Assembly (NCBI GenBank): GCA_964016885.1
Contig: OZ024741.1
Span: 36,456,001 to 36,520,000, forward strand
DNA length: 64,000 bases
Reading direction: 5' to 3'
Source of the DNA: Eledone cirrhosa
Taxonomy: Eukaryota
Shown here: piece by piece, positions 62,501-64,000 of the stretch
Layout: each line of letters opens with the position of its first letter
How positions within the stretch are numbered: the stretch's first letter is position 1
Translations under genes and position numbers: made by a program
The notes under the pieces: model-generated
What the model was told of the DNA's origin: nothing
What the model saw: only the letters and a program-made list of their open reading frames with translations
The model's database searches: none

Positions 62501-62909
62501 TATTAGGGCGGTGGATTGGCAGCATCGGTAAAGTGTCGGACACCTTGCTTAGCAGCATAGAGTTACGGCCTTTTACATTCTGAGATCAAATTCTGCCGAG
62601 ATTAGTTTTGATTTCATCCTTATGGGGTTGATAAAATAACGCACCAGTAATGCACTGCGGTTGATTTAATCAACTTTCCCTAAATTGTGGCCTTGTGCCT
62701 ATAGTAGAAATCATTATTATTCTCTTGTTCTAGGTGATTGGATCAAAGTGAAAGATCCTCGATGGGCCTTAGCAATTGAGGTTTGTTTGAAAAACCTCAT
62801 ATCTTCATTTTGTGTACATGATCATGATGACTGCCGCCAGTTAGAGAAAATATTCAAGGAAGTATCTCCAAAAGCTAAACCTCCTCCATTTATAATCAGC
62901 CAATTCCAA
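34825..62909 (+). CDS. SMC6: Structural maintenance of chromosomes protein 6, 5' part (13 coding exons, 589 codons, continues beyond window)
   Basis: Exons join with GT-AG sites and consistent phases: 34825-35010, 37649-37763, 42182-42287, 46982-47118, 52908-53050, 53407-53508, 54845-54982, 56465-56545, 58419-58565, 60147-60235, 60896-61063, 61468-61646, 62734-62909. Motifs: LKNFMCH, Walker [20 protein letters not shown]-loop [33 protein letters not shown], hinge [22 protein letters not shown]; all typical of SMC6. Confidence 0.95.
37649..37763 (+). CDS. SMC6: SMC6 coding exon 2 ([38 protein letters not shown])
   Basis: Acceptor tttttctacag, donor GTAAGT; SMC head N-terminal strand and first half of Walker A. 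Confidence 0.95.
37810..38362. mobile_element. hAT-like MITE interrupted by a SINE
   Basis: TIR-like AGAGGTTCTCAAA ... TTTTAGAACCTCTG; TSD not recognisable. Confidence 0.55.
38910..40850 (+). repeat. 48-bp minisatellite array (~40 units) expanded inside an RTE 3' UTR
   Basis: Unit aaaaagcacccagtccacactgtaaagtggtcgtgtaggcatcacaac; continues into a normal RTE tail ending ~41007. Confidence 0.95.
41020..42027 (-). mobile_element. RTE LINE 3' fragment
   Basis: [28 protein letters not shown]; (CAT)n on + strand marks the tail. Confidence 0.9.
42182..42287 (+). CDS. SMC6: SMC6 coding exon 3 ([35 protein letters not shown])
   Basis: Acceptor ttgttctag, donor GTGAGT; completes Walker A and contains the R-loop. 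Confidence 0.95.
43662..43865. mobile_element. piggyBac-type MITE (copies at ~35043-35239, 42830-43217, 63920-64000)
   Basis: TTAA|CCCTTTAGCATTTA ... TAAATGTTAAAGGG|TTAA. Confidence 0.8.
44540..46386. mobile_element. Composite of two oppositely oriented Gypsy-type LTR element 3' ends
   Basis: Minus LTR ending 44938 with PPT; internal region homologous to ~17820-18630; integrase C-terminus [26 protein letters not shown] (minus, 45763-45990); PPT plus + strand LTR 46020-46386 of the 17.5-kb family. Confidence 0.8.
46486..46864. repeat. Near-perfect ~380 bp palindrome in the SMC6 intron upstream of exon 4
   Basis: Arms of ~189 bp centred on 46675; I see only two arm mismatches; contains degenerate hammerhead-like CCGAAGA-AGAGAT-att-ATCTC-AAAA; ends in (TA)n. 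Confidence 0.9.
46982..47118 (+). CDS. SMC6: SMC6 coding exon 4 ([46 protein letters not shown])
   Basis: Acceptor tacttccag, donor GTAAGC; phases 2/1 fit; resembles the SMC6 head beta-sheet region. Confidence 0.95.
48085..50860 (-). repeat. 48/46-bp minisatellite array (~58 units), same RTE subrepeat in opposite orientation
   Basis: Unit (+) gtcgtgacacctacacggccaccttatagtctcagttggttgctattt; preceded by a minus-strand RTE tail at 47945-48085. Confidence 0.95.
51229..52241 (-). mobile_element. RTE LINE 3' fragment with open C-terminal frame
   Basis: ORF 51624-52247 matches the C-terminus of the 11856-13940 family; tail present. Confidence 0.92.
52908..53050 (+). CDS. SMC6: SMC6 coding exon 5 (Q-loop)
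   Basis: [48 protein letters not shown]; acceptor tatacag, donor GTAAGT. Confidence 0.95.
53407..53508 (+). CDS. SMC6: SMC6 coding exon 6
   Basis: [34 protein letters not shown]; acceptor ttcaatcag, donor GTGAGG. Confidence 0.93.
54845..54982 (+). CDS. SMC6: SMC6 coding exon 7 (coiled coil)
   Basis: [46 protein letters not shown]; acceptor ttctttcag, donor GTTAGT. Confidence 0.92.
56465..56545 (+). CDS. SMC6: SMC6 coding exon 8 (coiled coil)
   Basis: [27 protein letters not shown]; acceptor cccatttcag, donor GTATGT; phase 0-0. Confidence 0.85.
56630..57548 (+). mobile_element. RTE LINE 3' fragment
   Basis: Homologous to 10210-11208, with deletions. Confidence 0.88.
58188..58378 (+). mobile_element. 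tRNA-derived Meta-domain-like SINE (many copies, e.g. ~560-775, 3808-3980, 34581-34772, 42993-43173 -, 55186-55362 -, 62308-62718, 63356-63543)
   Basis: A box TGGCAGTATCGG, B box GAGTTCAAATCC, GCCTTTCATCCTT..GGTCGATAAAATAAAGTACCAG, AT-rich tail. Confidence 0.85.
58419..58565 (+). CDS. SMC6: SMC6 coding exon 9 (coiled coil)
   Basis: [20 protein letters not shown]...TLRSKG; long polypyrimidine tract then tag; weaker donor GTTAAG keeps phase 0. Confidence 0.82.
58797..59541 (+). mobile_element. Internally deleted mariner transposon remnant
   Basis: [26 protein letters not shown] (mariner HTH region) joined to C-terminal [12 protein letters not shown]; degenerate TIRs. Confidence 0.7.
60147..60235 (+). 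CDS. SMC6: SMC6 coding exon 10 (coiled coil)
   Basis: [29 protein letters not shown]; acceptor ttttcag, donor GTATAA. Confidence 0.85.
60275..60790 (+). repeat. Degenerate short-period tandem repeat (taggtctaactatg-like)
   Basis: Recurrent ggtcta(a)ctatg units filling most of the intron. Confidence 0.75.
60896..61063 (+). CDS. SMC6: SMC6 coding exon 11 (coiled coil)
   Basis: [20 protein letters not shown]...KNEKSRF; acceptor ctgtttcag, donor GTAAGA; phase 2-2. Confidence 0.88.
61468..61646 (+). CDS. SMC6: SMC6 coding exon 12 (coiled coil into hinge)
   Basis: TELRNMKRS...[32 protein letters not shown]; acceptor ttgctag, donor GTAAAT. Confidence 0.93.
61720..62270 (+). repeat. Tandem repeats: ~30-bp units, then 4 diverged ~120-bp units (relative at ~44090-44195)
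   Basis: Recurrent cattaaaac..agaaacctcctatgagatgcaa..aaacctac..gtgtgagctgtaacaa. Confidence 0.75.
62734..62909 (+). CDS. SMC6: SMC6 coding exon 13 (hinge)
   Basis: [41 protein letters not shown]...[10 protein letters not shown]; acceptor cttgttctag, donor GTGAGT. Confidence 0.93.
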
Positions 62910-62982
62910 GTGAGTGCCATTTCTTTATATATCAAACTTTTCTGTTTTAACCCTTTAGAATTTAAACTGGCCATATCCGGCC

Positions 62983-63358
62983 AGAACAACCCTGAGCACC
63001 TTTTTGAATTCCATATGTCTAACACCCGTGGGCATGCCTTCAAAGTCAGAAAACAGCACAGCTCCCATGACTTTCAGAAGCATTTTTTTACGCTCAGAGT
63101 TGCTGAAGCTTGGAACAAACTACCTGCATCAGTTGTTAGCTGTCAGGACACTGCATCCTTTAAGACCTCCATGCATCCCGAAATTCACCAACACTACATC
63201 TGATATTCCCCCTCCATACACACATGTATCTGTGTGTATATTATGACTCATATACTGTTCACTTTCCAGATATTTGTACATTATTCTATGTACTATACAT
63301 GCACCTTTGATGAGTTGTAGTGCACCTGAGCACTGTACACAATGATTTCATTATTATT
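62983..63358 (+). mobile_element. CR1 LINE 3' fragment (same family as 20972-23393)
   Basis: SNTRGHAFKVRKQHSSHDFQKHFFTLRVAEAWNKLP plus matching 3' UTR. Confidence 0.9.
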
Positions 63359-64000
63359 GGCAGTATCAGTAGCGGGTCGGATGCCATGCTTTCACGCATA
63401 GAGTTACGGCTCTTGCTATTCTGAGTTCAAATCCCGCCAAGGTTAACTTTGCCTTTCATCCTTACGGGGTCAATAAAATAAAGTACCAGTAATGCACTGA
63501 GTAATTGCTGGCCTTGTGCCAAAAGTAGAAACAATTATTATTATTTATGCAGTAATACCTGCCTTCCTTTGCGCACAGACTTAAACTTATACTCAGTAGG
63601 CACCTCTTAATCCAATATACACTCCCCTTCCACTTACGCCCACACCACCCGTACTCCATAAAGTTATGTTGGTACCACAAAACACCCAGTCCACACTGTA
63701 AAGTGGTCGTGTAGGAGACACGGCAAAAAGCACCCAGCATACACTGTAAATGTGGTTGGCTTTAGGAAGGGCATCCAGCCATAGAAAACTAGCCAGAAAC
63801 AGTCCTATATGAGTGAAATATGGTCACCTGACCCAACTTGTCTCTAAATGGGAGAAACCCTTCTACCCCATGCTAGCGTAGAAGATAGATGTTAAACGAT
63901 GATGATTATGTATTAATTCTCTCACCTCTTTCTGTTTAAACTGGCTGTAACCAGCCACTCATACTGATGTTAAGGTATTCTCAAAATAAATATCAAAATC

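Noticed and set aside
62910-63203. Apparent read-through of SMC6 exon 13 into CR1 sequence (ORF 62685-63203)
   Set aside because: Strong donor GTGAGT at 62910; the in-frame continuation through MITE and CR1 fragments is most likely chance

Overview
Repeat-dense, AT-rich eukaryotic genomic DNA. The repeat complement (tRNA-derived SINEs, RTE/CR1 LINEs, long (TA)n tracts) suggests a coleoid cephalopod, probably Octopus; this is an inference. The only host protein-coding gene I can support is the 5' half of SMC6 on the + strand: 13 phase-consistent GT-AG coding exons from 34825 to 62909 (1767 nt, 589 codons; N-terminal ATPase head, coiled coil, start of hinge), continuing past the window end. Its probable promoter and non-coding first exons lie near 28.0-28.4 kb. 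The rest is mostly decayed mobile DNA: RTE-clade and CR1 LINEs, a Penelope-like (GIY-YIG) element, two SINE families, non-autonomous Gypsy-type LTR elements, Helitron-type elements, piggyBac/hAT/mariner MITEs, and two kb-scale 48-bp minisatellite arrays grown inside LINE 3' tails. Best leads: (1) SMC6 has a genomic Gln codon (CAG) where the R-loop Arg is normally conserved, restorable by A-to-I editing, in an intron neighbourhood rich in dsRNA-forming repeats; (2) fold-back palindromic mini-elements carrying minimal hammerhead-ribozyme motifs; (3) inverted minisatellite arrays bracketing an in-frame exon pair; (4) an unassigned, highly base-paired CpG-rich segment upstream of SMC6; (5) a head-to-head chimeric LTR structure. 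All analysis was by eye; repeat boundaries are approximate.
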